Shown: positions 9,419 through 17,452 of the stretch, in pieces
Numbering within the stretch: the stretch's first letter is position 1
Layout: the number at the start of each line of letters is the position of its first letter
IMG/VR virus record: IMGVR_UViG_3300017747_002036
Coordinates: 1 to 54,283 of that record
Length of the DNA: 54,283 bases
Origin: a virus
Lineage: Duplodnaviria; Caudoviricetes
Direction: 5' to 3' (one strand)
The notes under the pieces: generated by a model
The model's database searches: none
The model's input: only the letters and a program-made list of their open reading frames with translations
Told to the model about the DNA's origin: nothing
Program-made: the position numbers and the translations under genes

Positions 9419-10063
9419 TCAAAGTTTGGTGTAGTCTATATCCTCATAATGTTTAATGTTCTGTCCGAAAGTTAATTTGAAATGACGGATTGATAAGTAG
9501 ATAGTTCCAGCTAGCTGCTTAACATCGCCTGTGTTAAAGAATACTTTATCAGGTGATATGGACTCCAACTCCGTCTCACTACTGTGTGTGTCAGTATTCT
9601 CTTTATCTACATCTGGCCGCCGGATACGCCAAAGGACGCCACCTTGGGAATTTATCCACGCTGCCTGTTTAGGATACCTAACGTCTGTAACAACTACAAT
9701 AGTTGGTTGTGTGTAGTCACCAGATAAAAACTTCTCAGCTAGTTGCCTATCCCAATAGTCTAGGCCAGACTCCAGTAATCTGCGTTGGTAGAATTCTTGC
9801 AATAAGAAACGAAACTCAGAAACATTTTCTTTAAGGTTATCTATCCATTTAATTCTATCTTCATTAGTTTCCATCCCAGCCATACCATCAAAAATCATAT
9901 GTTGTATTAACAAATTGGCCAATTCTAACTTCATTAAGTCTCCGTATGAAAGCCTAACTATCCTCCTATCTACACACATTTCCCTAAGGAGTTTGCATGT
10001 TGTATCTTTGCCTGATTGTTTCTTACCAACTAGGCCGATGATTGTTAATGATTTGTTATTCAT
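9419..10063 (-). CDS. Deoxynucleoside monophosphate kinase
   Basis: GKKQSGKDT P-loop, VTDVRYP, HSSE. Confidence 0.9.
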   Translation of the reverse strand: MNNKSLTIIGLVGKKQSGKDTTCKLLREMCVDRRIVRLSYGDLMKLELANLLIQHMIFDGMAGMETNEDRIKWIDNLKENVSEFRFLLQEFYQRRLLESGLDYWDRQLAEKFLSGDYTQPTIVVVTDVRYPKQAAWINSQGGVLWRIRRPDVDKENTDTHSSETELESISPDKVFFNTGDVKQLAGTIYLSIRHFKLTFGQNIKHYEDIDYTKL

Positions 10064-10239
10064 AATAGTTTTACTCCAATTGTTAATAGATCGTGATTCA
10101 CTTTAAAGATTTCTGCTTTATGCCCAAAGCTCAAGGTTAGTTTCTCGCCTATCTGGGGTTCATGGCTAAAGAACATAGTCCCTTCCAACTCAGGATAGTC
10201 ATGATAGACTGTAACTTCGTATCCAAATATTATGCTCAT
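10060..10239 (-). CDS. Small hypothetical protein (59 aa, not in the ORF track)
   Basis: MSIIFGYEVTVYHDYPELEGTMFFSHEPQIGEKL...; ATGA overlaps at both ends. Confidence 0.75.
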   Translation of the reverse strand: MSIIFGYEVTVYHDYPELEGTMFFSHEPQIGEKLTLSFGHKAEIFKVNHDLLTIGVKLL

Positions 10240-11300
10240 ATCTCAACTTCCACAGGGTTATAAGGTTTCTTGATGAAATTATTCTTTAGCATACCTCTCG
10301 TAGCAATATCGTCCGGCATACCACAAGGAACAGCAAACTTGCACATACCGTATACTGTTTGGCAAGCTCCATTAAGGACTCCCTCTGCTGGCGCGTAGTC
10401 TAGTAACGCATCCTCTAGTCCATCTTCGAATGTCTGCTCGCTTCCCTTCGCCCTCGCTGCTACTGACTGTAGCGTATCTACGAACCTATCTACAGTCTTA
10501 CCTAGCTGAACTTCAAACCTAGCAAGCTGGTCTTCTTTGAAGAGGAAGGGGCGAGATGATTTGAATATAGCGTCCTTATCTTTACCTTTCAAAAAGATTC
10601 CATCCACGATGCAAGATAGTGGACGAGAGACTACGTGAGAGTATATGTTATTAGGTTGGCCGCAAGCTTCAAGTAGAGCAGCAAGTTGCTTAACGCAGTA
10701 GACGTAGAAGTAGAGTTGAGGAGACAGTATGTAGTTATTAAGATATTCATCCTCATCATACACAGCAGTAGTCTTGTAGTCACGTATTGCGTAATGTTCT
10801 CCATTCTTAAACTTCACTATTCTATCCATAGTCCCAGCGAACATAACGTCGAAATCTTCACAGGAGTAACAAGGAACTACGAACTTGAGTTCAGTAAGAG
10901 CCGTCCCGTCATCCTTACGCGCTACTGTGAACAGCTTATTCTCAGCCTTCTTCTGCACTAATGCGTAGTGCATACAAACTTTAATGAGGTAGTCTTTAGT
11001 AAGATAGAGTTTATGTTTTTTATAGAAGATGTTGGGCGTATTGTCATAATACGCTATAGCTGCTTGCAGAGCTTTAGGTATTAGATGTTCGTAAGCTCCT
11101 GTGTCTGGGTCAGCTTCCTCGTCTAGTATCTGCGCGAACTTGTGGAAGCCCCAACCGAATACGATGTCTACGCTACATGTGCGGTCACTGTATCCTTGCG
11201 TTACTTGCCAGAAGAATCTACGAAAGCAAGAAGATATCTTAAGGGAGGATGCGTTAATGTAGAAGGTAGGCTTCTTTAGTTGTGATGCTGTGGTGGTCAT
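10236..11300 (-). CDS. PD-(D/E)XK exonuclease (RecB/Cas4-like)
   Basis: INASSLK..SC.R, GTMDRIV...IRDYKTT, QLYFY, C-terminal C...CKF..PC. Confidence 0.85.
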   Translation of the reverse strand: MTTTASQLKKPTFYINASSLKISSCFRRFFWQVTQGYSDRTCSVDIVFGWGFHKFAQILDEEADPDTGAYEHLIPKALQAAIAYYDNTPNIFYKKHKLYLTKDYLIKVCMHYALVQKKAENKLFTVARKDDGTALTELKFVVPCYSCEDFDVMFAGTMDRIVKFKNGEHYAIRDYKTTAVYDEDEYLNNYILSPQLYFYVYCVKQLAALLEACGQPNNIYSHVVSRPLSCIVDGIFLKGKDKDAIFKSSRPFLFKEDQLARFEVQLGKTVDRFVDTLQSVAARAKGSEQTFEDGLEDALLDYAPAEGVLNGACQTVYGMCKFAVPCGMPDDIATRGMLKNNFIKKPYNPVEVEI

Positions 11301-11301
11301 A

Positions 11302-11703
11302 TTAAGTAGTGAGCATTTTGCGTGCTGTGCGTAAGTCTTTAAGACTATTGACTATTAAAGTCTGAGCTACATATTCTGATAGAGCTTTGTGCAATGTGCG
11401 AATAAGCTGCTTGTCGTCTCTGAATAATTCTTCTGAAAGAATAGTTTCAAACTTATAGTCCTTCCCATTCAATCTAAACTTGCAGATAGCAACTACTTGA
11501 AACAACTGGAACTCTTCAATAAGAATCCAAGTTGCATGGAAGTTATTGTTAGTTGTTTCTATTCGTGCTACAATTGCATCCTTAGTTTCCTGCGACATTT
11601 GATGTGCTAACTTAATAGACTCATCAGTGGGTGCATGTTTATGCTCATGCGTAACATGAGTTGGAACATACTGAGTTGGCTTAATTACGGTTACATCAAA
11701 CAT
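11302..11703 (-). CDS. Hypothetical protein
   Basis: 133 aa ORF, operonic packing. Confidence 0.7.
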   Translation of the reverse strand: MFDVTVIKPTQYVPTHVTHEHKHAPTDESIKLAHQMSQETKDAIVARIETTNNNFHATWILIEEFQLFQVVAICKFRLNGKDYKFETILSEELFRDDKQLIRTLHKALSEYVAQTLIVNSLKDLRTARKMLTT

Positions 11704-11708
11704 AATAT

Positions 11709-11996
11709 TTACTTTCCTCTATTCTTAAGCAGGTCTTTCATAAACTCAAACCCTTCTAAGTTCTCTAACTTATCTAGCACTGCTTGCTTCTCAGCTACTC
11801 CCTCAATCTTCTTCTTCCTCGCTTCCTTCGTCCCTTGCGTTATGTGAGACGTTCCACCAAACTTAAGTCCTTGCGGATTAGCAAGGTGAGGGATAGTCAT
11901 CTTTTGGTAGGGGGCGGCAAAGGCTGCTATGTCAGCGTCAGATAGAGCCTCTAGTTCTTCTGGCTTGTAGTTTAAGAGTTGTTCGAGGGAGGGCAT
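11709..11996 (-). CDS. Hypothetical protein
   Basis: 95 aa ORF, operonic packing. Confidence 0.7.
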   Translation of the reverse strand: MPSLEQLLNYKPEELEALSDADIAAFAAPYQKMTIPHLANPQGLKFGGTSHITQGTKEARKKKIEGVAEKQAVLDKLENLEGFEFMKDLLKNRGK

Positions 11997-11997
11997 A

Positions 11998-12696
11998 CTA
12001 GGTAACTATGTCAGTTGGTAACGTGAAGTTCGCTGGTTTCATTACTGGTCCAGCAGGTAACAGGCCAGCTTCCTGTAGGTTACCACGAACTATCTTAACA
12101 GTTTCTTTATCCATAGTAAGTATAGAGAACTCATCTTCTCCGCCTACTTGGTCTATGTAATACTGGATTAGTTTGATGAGGGGTGGAGTTAACTTAATGT
12201 TGTCTATCACCAATGTCTGACCCACTTCCGCAACCTCCAAAAACGTAAGCAACTTATCCTTCCAATCAGCTTCACCTATCGCTGTATCTATCTCTACTTG
12301 CTCTCCAGTTTCAGGGTCTAGTTCGACTGACTTGCAGTTATCTTTCGTTATGTCGGCGGTGGTTGCAACAAGGCCTTTCTGCAAGAACTCTTCAAACATC
12401 GCGTTACCAATTAGTTCGTTGTGAACTGCGGCAGAAGAACGAAGGTAAACTTTAATGCAATTCACACTCTTTCTATCTAGACACAGGTCATACACCTTCT
12501 CTTTGTATGATGGGTCTATCTTCTGCCACAGGTATTTACCTCCCTGTTGCAATTTAGAATAGATTGTATTAGATGACATTTTCAACATGTTGTAGTTGAA
12601 GACGAGTCTCATCTTCTTACGTTCTGGCGTAGCATGTAAGAAGTCAATCAACTTCTTAACATGGTATGCTGCGTCAGGTTTGTAGTAGGGTTCCAT
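11998..12696 (-). CDS. Hypothetical protein
   Basis: 232 aa ORF, operonic packing. Confidence 0.75.
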   Translation of the reverse strand: MEPYYKPDAAYHVKKLIDFLHATPERKKMRLVFNYNMLKMSSNTIYSKLQQGGKYLWQKIDPSYKEKVYDLCLDRKSVNCIKVYLRSSAAVHNELIGNAMFEEFLQKGLVATTADITKDNCKSVELDPETGEQVEIDTAIGEADWKDKLLTFLEVAEVGQTLVIDNIKLTPPLIKLIQYYIDQVGGEDEFSILTMDKETVKIVRGNLQEAGLLPAGPVMKPANFTLPTDIVT

Positions 12697-12700
12697 AACC

Positions 12701-12934
12701 TTAGACTACCTTAAGTCCATGCACATTAAGTTGTGCCTCAGTTAGATATTGTCTATCTGAATCTACTGGTGTGACTACATCTATCTTGTGTCCGCAGTTG
12801 TCACAGCGCCACTTCTCAATGAAAGCTAGGTCTTGTCCGTGGCCTAGTCTTGGCTCTCGACTAGCAAAAGGACACAAGTGGTTAGGCTTGTCTAAAGGTT
12901 CGTGGCGGCAGTTGTGATGCTTATGGTTTGACAT
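12701..12934 (-). CDS. Small Cys/His-rich putative zinc-binding protein
   Basis: CRH...CP...CDNCG. Confidence 0.65.
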   Translation of the reverse strand: MSNHKHHNCRHEPLDKPNHLCPFASREPRLGHGQDLAFIEKWRCDNCGHKIDVVTPVDSDRQYLTEAQLNVHGLKVV

Positions 12935-13238
12935 GATAATAATTTGGTAACTTTGTAAATTTCACTACTCCACACATTACATCTACTTGAACATTAAATC
13001 TATCCTTACCATCCCATTGCAGAGTTTTACCTACAGAAGGGTCGTGATGAATTATCCAGTTAGCCCTGTGTGCGTTTGCTTTCAACTCTTCTACTGTATG
13101 GATAGATTGTGTAGCTAAGAACTCTTTAACACAGTCTTCTTCTATTTCTGCAACACGCTTATAAATTTCGTTTGACAGAGTTTGGAGCTTTCCACTAAAC
13201 TCTAGTGCTTCTCGTTCTTGTGTCAAGAAATTTATCAT
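12921..13238 (-). CDS. Hypothetical protein
   Basis: 105 aa ORF overlapping both neighbours. Confidence 0.7.
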   Translation of the reverse strand: MINFLTQEREALEFSGKLQTLSNEIYKRVAEIEEDCVKEFLATQSIHTVEELKANAHRANWIIHHDPSVGKTLQWDGKDRFNVQVDVMCGVVKFTKLPNYYHVKP

Positions 13239-13471
13239 GGTTTATTACTTCTCCAAACTAGGACTCCATCTTCCCTTACTCCTATCTCTATAGTGTCGTC
13301 AGTAGTAAGAGTTACTGTTTGGTTAGTTGCTGTCTTAGACGTAGTAACTGCAACAGTTAAGTTACCTTTCCACTCAACGTGTGGTGGAGATGGACGAGTT
13401 AGGAAGTAGAGAGTTGGAGTTCCTAAGAAGATACACAAAAGGACTCCGCGAACTTTAGTTTTGTATTCCAT
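13235..13471 (-). CDS. Small membrane-anchored protein (true start likely MEYKTK at 13471)
   Basis: N-terminal hydrophobic stretch GVLLCIFLGTPTLYFL; the longer track start would overlap the tRNA-like element. Confidence 0.7.
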   Translation of the reverse strand: MEYKTKVRGVLLCIFLGTPTLYFLTRPSPPHVEWKGNLTVAVTTSKTATNQTVTLTTDDTIEIGVREDGVLVWRSNKP

Positions 13472-13476
13472 ATAAA

Positions 13477-13581
13477 TGGTGGGCCTCGACAGGAATTGAA
13501 CCTGCATTATACTGCTCATGTTCACTAACTTGCCTAGGAGTTTAGCTACTGAGCTTCTATTTCCGTTTAGATACGCGGCCC
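13477..13581 (-). tRNA. Non-canonical tRNA-like element (105 nt, encoded CCA)
   Basis: GGGCCGCG-TA-TCTA AACGGAAA TAGA-A-GCTCA [31 nt] TGAGC-AGTATAAT-GCAGG TTCAATT CCTGT-CGAGGCCC-A-CCA: acceptor, D, anticodon and T stems all pair. Confidence 0.8.
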
Positions 13582-13589
13582 TAAAAGTA

Positions 13590-13860
13590 ATTAACTCTCC
13601 CGCTTTCACTAGACGAAATCGAACTAGATACTCACGGGAGAATCCCTCTCATGTTACTAATCTACTACAGAGGTTAAGTCAACGCTTAGGGATTAAGAAC
13701 TCTCTTGCGTTTGTGAGAGTTGGAGCATATGCTAGCCACAGTTTGTCAATACGGGCGACTAGCTACACTACCTTCTTACTAGTAACTAAGCACTTCACAT
13801 CTCTTAACTTCTGCCGACTAACTGTCTGACACAGACTTAAGAGATAAGGAGAAGTAGCTT
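13590..13860 (-). ncRNA. Structured non-coding tract upstream of the tRNA-like element
   Basis: No sense-strand ORF of 60 aa or more in the track; consecutive hairpins atctcttaa/ttaagagat, gctagtcgc/gtggctagc, aactctc/gagagtt, ctcccg/cgggag. Confidence 0.5.
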
Positions 13861-13862
13861 AG

Positions 13863-14174
13863 TTACAAAATCAAAAGAATGTCAGAGGGAGTGATAAGGC
13901 GCATCTCTTTGCCTGATGATTCATCGATGCCGAGTGACACTCCTGCTTTGTTGCCGATTAAACCTGTATGCGAGAAAACTAACTCTCGATGGTATGCGCT
14001 AGACTTTTCTGTTTGAAGGAGCTTTTCCGAAAGCATCCCAAGCTGAACTTCTAGCTGAGGATACTGCATGAAGTCAGGGAGGACTATCTTGCTCGCATCC
14101 TTTACACTAGTGTGTGGCCCATTTACTAGCACTAGAATCCTATTTCCAACTGGTCTAACTTGTGATGCTTTCAT
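13863..14174 (-). CDS. GroES/Cpn10-like co-chaperonin
   Basis: VRPVGNRILV...KIVLPD...MRLITPSDILLIL matches the GroES N-terminus, mobile loop and C-terminus; 103 aa. Confidence 0.75.
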   Translation of the reverse strand: MKASQVRPVGNRILVLVNGPHTSVKDASKIVLPDFMQYPQLEVQLGMLSEKLLQTEKSSAYHRELVFSHTGLIGNKAGVSLGIDESSGKEMRLITPSDILLIL

Positions 14175-14180
14175 ACTTTG

Positions 14181-14351
14181 TTATTTAGAGTAGCGCTCCT
14201 TGTAAATCTGTGAAGCAATAACTTGTATCGTCCTATAGTATTGTTCCCTCATAAACTTATATTGTGTGTAAGCTTCCACTTGCTCGCGTGTAACTGGCAC
14301 GCCAGCTTCGTGAAGGACTTTATAGACGGGGTTAGTTTTACTTGATGTCAT
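14181..14351 (-). CDS. Small hypothetical protein (56 aa, not in the ORF track)
   Basis: MTSSKTNPVYKVLHEAGVPVTREQVEAY...; fills the gap between its neighbours. Confidence 0.65.
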   Translation of the reverse strand: MTSSKTNPVYKVLHEAGVPVTREQVEAYTQYKFMREQYYRTIQVIASQIYKERYSK

Positions 14352-14517
14352 ATTCTAAATTCTTGTCAGAGTATATATGTAAAACGCCTCTATCATCTTC
14401 AACAACATAACGTATAGCTCCAGACTGTTTACAGAAAGCGGCAACTACAATACCTACAAACGTATAGTCTCCACCAACTTTCTTGACTCTATCACCGATT
14501 ATATATTTAGTCTTCAT
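14338..14517 (-). CDS. DfrB/R67-DHFR-like SH3-fold protein (start likely MKTKY)
   Basis: GDRVKKVGGDYTFVGIVV...YVVEDDRGVLHIYSDKNLE aligns with R67 GDRVRKKSG..WQGQIV...YAVESE..PGSVQIYPVAALE. Confidence 0.65.
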   Translation of the reverse strand: MKTKYIIGDRVKKVGGDYTFVGIVVAAFCKQSGAIRYVVEDDRGVLHIYSDKNLEYDIK

Positions 14518-14695
14518 CTTGCATCTCCACTTCTCTCCGTCCAAACAATCCATTGTTACTATTCCTAAATCCTTCTACTCCAGCCTTCCTACTGCGTCCC
14601 TTCTTATTCCAGAAGTTAAGTTCTGCTTGGCGAACTTCATCGTATAGTTTGCCTCTACGTCTTGGTTCTTTATTAGTTGTGATTTTACGTGGCAT
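14507..14695 (-). CDS. Small basic hypothetical protein
   Basis: 62 aa, K/R-rich. Confidence 0.6.
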   Translation of the reverse strand: MPRKITTNKEPRRRGKLYDEVRQAELNFWNKKGRSRKAGVEGFRNSNNGLFGRREVEMQDED

Positions 14696-14762
14696 ATGTT
14701 ATAGTGTGTAGATATTAAAGATTGCCGCCAGCTAACTCAACAGTAAGCTAGCAGCAAATGGT

Positions 14763-15305
14763 TTAATACCCACCAACAGGTTCAAACTTCTGGTGTGCAA
14801 CAGAAGGTTCAGACCAAGGCGTGTTAAGGATGGCAGAAGCCTTAGCACGAATGTCCTTCTCGCTATACTTCCCGCTGCTAGACAGCATGCTCTTAAACTT
14901 CTTGAAGTTGTCGTCCAGTTCCTTACCTGCGAAGAATGGATTGTAACCTTTCTTCCCAATGTATTCAGCAAGGCGACGCTTACGCTCAGCAACATGCTCA
15001 TCTACCTTAATCAGTAGTTCTGCTAGAGACAGTGAGCTAATGTCAATAGTAGGTTGTGAAGTAGCCTGCTGCACAATAGGTGGCGGCACATCTTCAACAG
15101 GAGTGAGTGATTCACCAGTTAGGACATTCACAACACTAGCTCCTACATTGGCAGAAGTTTGTGAAGCTGCTGCCCGTGCTTCTTCTTGGCGAGCTTGTTC
15201 GTCTACATTTACTACTTTGTTGTTGCCTTCTGTAGAATCTACAGACAGAGGTGAAGTGGCAACAAGTGGTTTAACTACAGGTGGTTTAAGAGATAGAGAG
15301 GACAT
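14763..15305 (-). CDS. Hypothetical protein
   Basis: 180 aa; first gene after a sigma54-type promoter. Confidence 0.8.
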   Translation of the reverse strand: MSSLSLKPPVVKPLVATSPLSVDSTEGNNKVVNVDEQARQEEARAAASQTSANVGASVVNVLTGESLTPVEDVPPPIVQQATSQPTIDISSLSLAELLIKVDEHVAERKRRLAEYIGKKGYNPFFAGKELDDNFKKFKSMLSSSGKYSEKDIRAKASAILNTPWSEPSVAHQKFEPVGGY

Positions 15306-15346
15306 AGTTTATTATGGAGTTACTCGGTTGAGTTTGACAGACTAGA

Positions 15347-15361
15347 GCTAGAAGTGTGCCA
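15347..15361 (-). promoter_or_regulatory. sigma54-type promoter TGGCACACTTCTAGC
   Basis: GG-N10-GC, intergenic, about 40 nt upstream of the ATG at 15305; identical to 21500-21514. Confidence 0.88.
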
Positions 15362-15364
15362 GTG

Positions 15365-15559
15365 TTAATCCATTCTTGATGAATCTTCGATGTCTTGAGC
15401 CAAGTCACTTTCAGTTGAAAGATAACGACAATCGTATTCATCTTCTAACTGATATACGAAATGACCCTTGGCACTAATGTCTTCGTAGATACCTACAATC
15501 TTACCTCGTCCTATAGAGGCTAAGTTGTAACTTGTTCCAATAGCATATTTTGGTTCCAT
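15365..15559 (-). CDS. Small hypothetical protein, possible SH3-like fold
   Basis: 64 aa; KYAIG...GKIVGIY...YQLED. Confidence 0.65.
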   Translation of the reverse strand: MEPKYAIGTSYNLASIGRGKIVGIYEDISAKGHFVYQLEDEYDCRYLSTESDLAQDIEDSSRMD

Positions 15560-15563
15560 AATC

Positions 15564-15788
15564 TTATAGTCCTTCCTCTCTTAGTGAATCTCGTATGTCC
15601 TGCTCCTTACTAGCATCGAACTCATCTGTCTCTTTGTAATGAACCATTGGTTCAGCATTCTCATCTACAACATAACCTTCTCCATTACAATTGTAACACT
15701 GAATGAATTCATGTGCTAAGTTAACTTCACCTCCCTCTCCATTACAAGAGGGACAGAGTATCTTATGATTCATATAGTTAGTTGACAT
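15564..15788 (-). CDS. DnaJ-type zinc-finger protein
   Basis: Two CxxCxGxG motifs: CPSCNGEG and CYNCNGEG. Confidence 0.75.
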   Translation of the reverse strand: MSTNYMNHKILCPSCNGEGGEVNLAHEFIQCYNCNGEGYVVDENAEPMVHYKETDEFDASKEQDIRDSLREEGL

Positions 15789-15794
15789 AATAAC

Positions 15795-16046
15795 TTAGCC
15801 TTCTATTGCTTTGATATTCTCCGCTGCTGTGACAGACTCAATACAAGATTGCTCTAGTTGCTTGGCAGCCAAGGCAGAATGCTGCACAACAGATTTACCT
15901 ACAGCTAACAGTAGAGTATTAGATAGTTCTGGTGTAAGTTGCAGTTTAGTTGAACCACGTTCGTTCTCAAATTCTATTTCAGCTTTATACTTACCCTCGT
16001 CAGGACCATATCCAATTTGAGTTATAAATAGATGTTTAAGTTTCAT
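15795..16046 (-). CDS. Hypothetical protein
   Basis: 83 aa, operonic packing. Confidence 0.7.
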   Translation of the reverse strand: MKLKHLFITQIGYGPDEGKYKAEIEFENERGSTKLQLTPELSNTLLLAVGKSVVQHSALAAKQLEQSCIESVTAAENIKAIEG

Positions 16047-16073
16047 AGTAATGCTTTCTTTATTTGTTGTTAA

Positions 16074-17141
16074 CTAACTAAAATCTAGTTCCCCGAACAT
16101 AGCAAACCTCTTGATGTATGCTTGCAACGCTCTCACATTACCTGACAATTGTGCTTCTGTAAACGTATGGTTCCTTGGAAACTTCCCTGCAAATGGACGT
16201 GTGCTACGTGAAGTGTCAATGTTATCTATGATAAGAGGAACGTCAGCTATACGGTCCCACAAACGCTTAGTCTTAAGTGTAAAGACTGCAACTCGCCAAT
16301 ACAAGTCCTCTCTGAACAATCCCTTAGCACATTCAACAGGTAAGTCTTTGTTGGTTGCTACTATGATACGACAGTTGATTGGTTCACTATCGTTACTACC
16401 TACTCTACGAATAGACTTCTCTTGGATTACACGCAGCAGCTTAGCTTGCATAGACATAGACAATTCGCCGAACTCATCTAGGAATATCGTCCCGTTCGTA
16501 GCTGCTTTGAACAGGCCCACCTTATCTTGTATCGCACCAGTGAATGAACCACGCACATGGCCGAACAGTTCGCTCTCAACTAACGACTCTGGTAAGCCAG
16601 CACAATTGATACTTACCATCTGAGTCATCTTACTACAGGCTAGTGCTCGGGCAATAATCTCTTTGCCAGTTCCAGTAGGTCCAGTGATAAGGACTGGTTC
16701 ATCAAGAGAAGTAAGATGGCGAACTCGTTCCTTCATCTTGATTGTATCTGGGTCAGTAGTGATATAAGTATCTAGAATACTATCAGTCCCTGATTGGATA
16801 GCTGGTTTAAAGGTAGGGTCTATCTTGTATACGTATGCACCTCCGCCGCCTGACATTCCTATCATTGCGTTATTGTTACCCTTAATATAATGTAACTCGC
16901 ATTGGTCTAGAAACTTCTCGGCTGCTTCAATAACACCGAGGTTAGCAAGTGCATTGAACTTAGATTGGTCGGCAGGAAGTAGCTTAGTAAGTCTCTCGAG
17001 AGTAAGCTTAGAAAACTTTGCTTCTATCTCAGGCGATAGCGGAGTAGTATTAAGTTTGCCTGACTCAAACTCAGCACGTAGTTTCTGAGATGGAGTAAGA
17101 GCAGGGAGTGGTTTGTATGGAGTGTTAGGTGATGCTGACAT
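16074..17141 (-). CDS. sigma54-dependent transcriptional activator (bEBP AAA+ domain) lacking HTH and receiver domains
   Basis: Walker A GPTGTGKE, INCA, ESELFGHVRGSFTGA, Walker B IFLDE, QAKLLRVIQE, RIIVATN, FREDLYWR, GNVR; the protein ends 19 aa after GNVR. Confidence 0.96.
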   Translation of the reverse strand: MSASPNTPYKPLPALTPSQKLRAEFESGKLNTTPLSPEIEAKFSKLTLERLTKLLPADQSKFNALANLGVIEAAEKFLDQCELHYIKGNNNAMIGMSGGGGAYVYKIDPTFKPAIQSGTDSILDTYITTDPDTIKMKERVRHLTSLDEPVLITGPTGTGKEIIARALACSKMTQMVSINCAGLPESLVESELFGHVRGSFTGAIQDKVGLFKAATNGTIFLDEFGELSMSMQAKLLRVIQEKSIRRVGSNDSEPINCRIIVATNKDLPVECAKGLFREDLYWRVAVFTLKTKRLWDRIADVPLIIDNIDTSRSTRPFAGKFPRNHTFTEAQLSGNVRALQAYIKRFAMFGELDFS

Positions 17142-17152
17142 AATATAGGAGA

Positions 17153-17446
17153 TTAACAGTTGCCTGCAATTAGTTGGTGGAAGTTGGTTACTTTGTGCGT
17201 AGAAGTGAGTTGCTTATAGCAACAATTGCAATAGAACATCAGCATTTGTGGAGATAGCTGCTGTTTGTATTCTTTACAAGAAGGACAGATATAGAACTCA
17301 GGTTCTTGTTTCTGGATTTCTTTGACTACACCGTTAGCAATAAGCTGAGCTTCGTCTAAGTTAAGACCGGGTGCAGTCCTCAAATGTTTCCACTCTTTAA
17401 GTGGAACCGTTAGAACTACTTTGATGTATTCAGGTTGTGGTGTCAT
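17153..17446 (-). CDS. Zinc-ribbon hypothetical protein
   Basis: CPSC...CNCC. Confidence 0.65.
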   Translation of the reverse strand: MTPQPEYIKVVLTVPLKEWKHLRTAPGLNLDEAQLIANGVVKEIQKQEPEFYICPSCKEYKQQLSPQMLMFYCNCCYKQLTSTHKVTNFHQLIAGNC

Positions 17447-17452
17447 AAATGT

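Noticed and set aside
10236-11300. Cas4 or a CRISPR system
   Set aside because: No repeat-spacer array or other cas genes; the context (Sak4-like ATPase, SSB) indicates a recombination nuclease
13472-13609. N-terminal 46 codons of track ORF 13235..13609
   Set aside because: They overlap the tRNA-like element; the ATG at 13471 is the better start
13477-13860. tmRNA
   Set aside because: The tRNA-like part has a full D stem and closes within 105 nt; there is no G3.U70 pair and no tag reading frame
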